32,462 bases of DNA from an uncultured Spirochaetia bacterium (GTDB taxonomy: Bacteria > Oederibacteriota > PGYV01 > CAYGHG01), in the NCBI GenBank assembly GCA_964349515.1, contig CAYGHG010000017.1, positions 1 through 32,462 of the forward strand, written 5' to 3'. The notes below the pieces were generated by a model. It saw nothing but the letters and a program-made list of their open reading frames with translations, ran no database searches and was not told the DNA's origin. This document shows, in pieces, positions 31,985 through 32,462 of the stretch. The position numbers and the translations under genes are program-made. How positions within the stretch are numbered: the stretch's first letter is position 1; every line of letters starts with the position of its first letter.

Positions 31985-32462
31985 TAGAGTTAAAAGGCAT
32001 AACTAAAACTTATAAAACCGGCAAAGTGGCGTTTACCGCTCTTAAAAATGTTTCCCTCACAATAAAAAAAGGGGAGTTCTGCGCCATAATGGGGCCTTCA
32101 GGTTCGGGAAAATCAACGCTGATGCACCTGATAGGTTTTTTGGATTCGCCTGATGCGGGTTCTTACAAGCTGTATGGCAGGGAAACTGCCGGCTTAAGCG
32201 ACGCCGAGTACTCGGATTTCAGAAAAAACGCTGTTGGGTTTGTCTTTCAGCAGTTTCATCTCCTTCCCCGCTATGACGCCGCTTCCAACGTAAAGCTGCC
32301 TGTTGTTTATTCGGGCAAATACGGCAGGGAGCAGGAAGCGCACAAGCTGCTTGAACTAACCGGCCTCAAGGGAAAAGAAAAAAATCTTCCGGGAGAACTG
32401 TCGGGAGGCGAGAGGCAGAGGGTGGCGGTGGCGCGCTCGCTAATAAACGGGCCTGAGATAAT
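31981..32462 (+). CDS. MacB/LolD-like ABC transporter ATP-binding protein. It is 5' partial and runs off the window end.
   Basis: MIELKGITKTY..., Walker A GPSGSGKST, Q-loop FVFQQ and signature LSGGERQRVAVAR. The ORF is open to the last base of the window. Confidence 0.85.
   Translation, partial: MIELKGITKTYKTGKVAFTALKNVSLTIKKGEFCAIMGPSGSGKSTLMHLIGFLDSPDAGSYKLYGRETAGLSDAEYSDFRKNAVGFVFQQFHLLPRYDAASNVKLPVVYSGKYGREQEAHKLLELTGLKGKEKNLPGELSGGERQRVAVARSLINGPEI

Overview
The window is a 32.5-kb chromosomal segment from a Gram-negative-type (diderm) bacterium. Coding is dense, genes are almost all on the + strand, and many adjacent genes overlap by 1-4 nt (ATGA/GTGA/TGATG junctions). The lineage cannot be assigned from sequence alone.

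Gene content from left to right:
- an exported beta-rich protein, an exported FMN-binding-domain protein and an MCP chemoreceptor;
- an exported TPR protein, an SPFH/Band-7 protein, a YcxB-like membrane protein and an SDR oxidoreductase;
- a minus-strand CheY-like response regulator;
- an arsenic island (arsR - ACR3 arsenite carrier - thioredoxin-type arsC) convergent with a minimal sufC-sufB/D pair;
- a roughly 6.5-kb cluster of ten + strand genes that looks like an extracytoplasmic thiol-redox / sulfurtransferase module (rhodanese, DUF318/ArsP-like permease, Cys-rich DGC protein, a second ArsR, three thioredoxin-fold proteins, CcdA, a second rhodanese, MauE-like protein);
- mgtE, then a clpB interrupted by one in-frame TAA;
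- two secreted-protein genes, each preceded by a copy of a roughly 175-nt structured intergenic element;
- an RHH-PIN toxin-antitoxin pair;
- a GT4 glycosyltransferase coupled to a third rhodanese paralog;
- the start of a TolC - periplasmic adaptor - MacB-like efflux operon.

No rRNA, tRNA, CRISPR array or transposase was detected.

The most unusual content:
- an ArsR-associated periplasmic redox/rhodanese cluster, with three dispersed paralogs of a membrane-anchored rhodanese whose active-site loop is CHGxxC(R/H);
- polybasic N-terminal tails shared by three membrane-anchored proteins of that system;
- two related ArsR-type palindromic operators;
- the duplicated structured intergenic element;
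- the nonsense-interrupted clpB.
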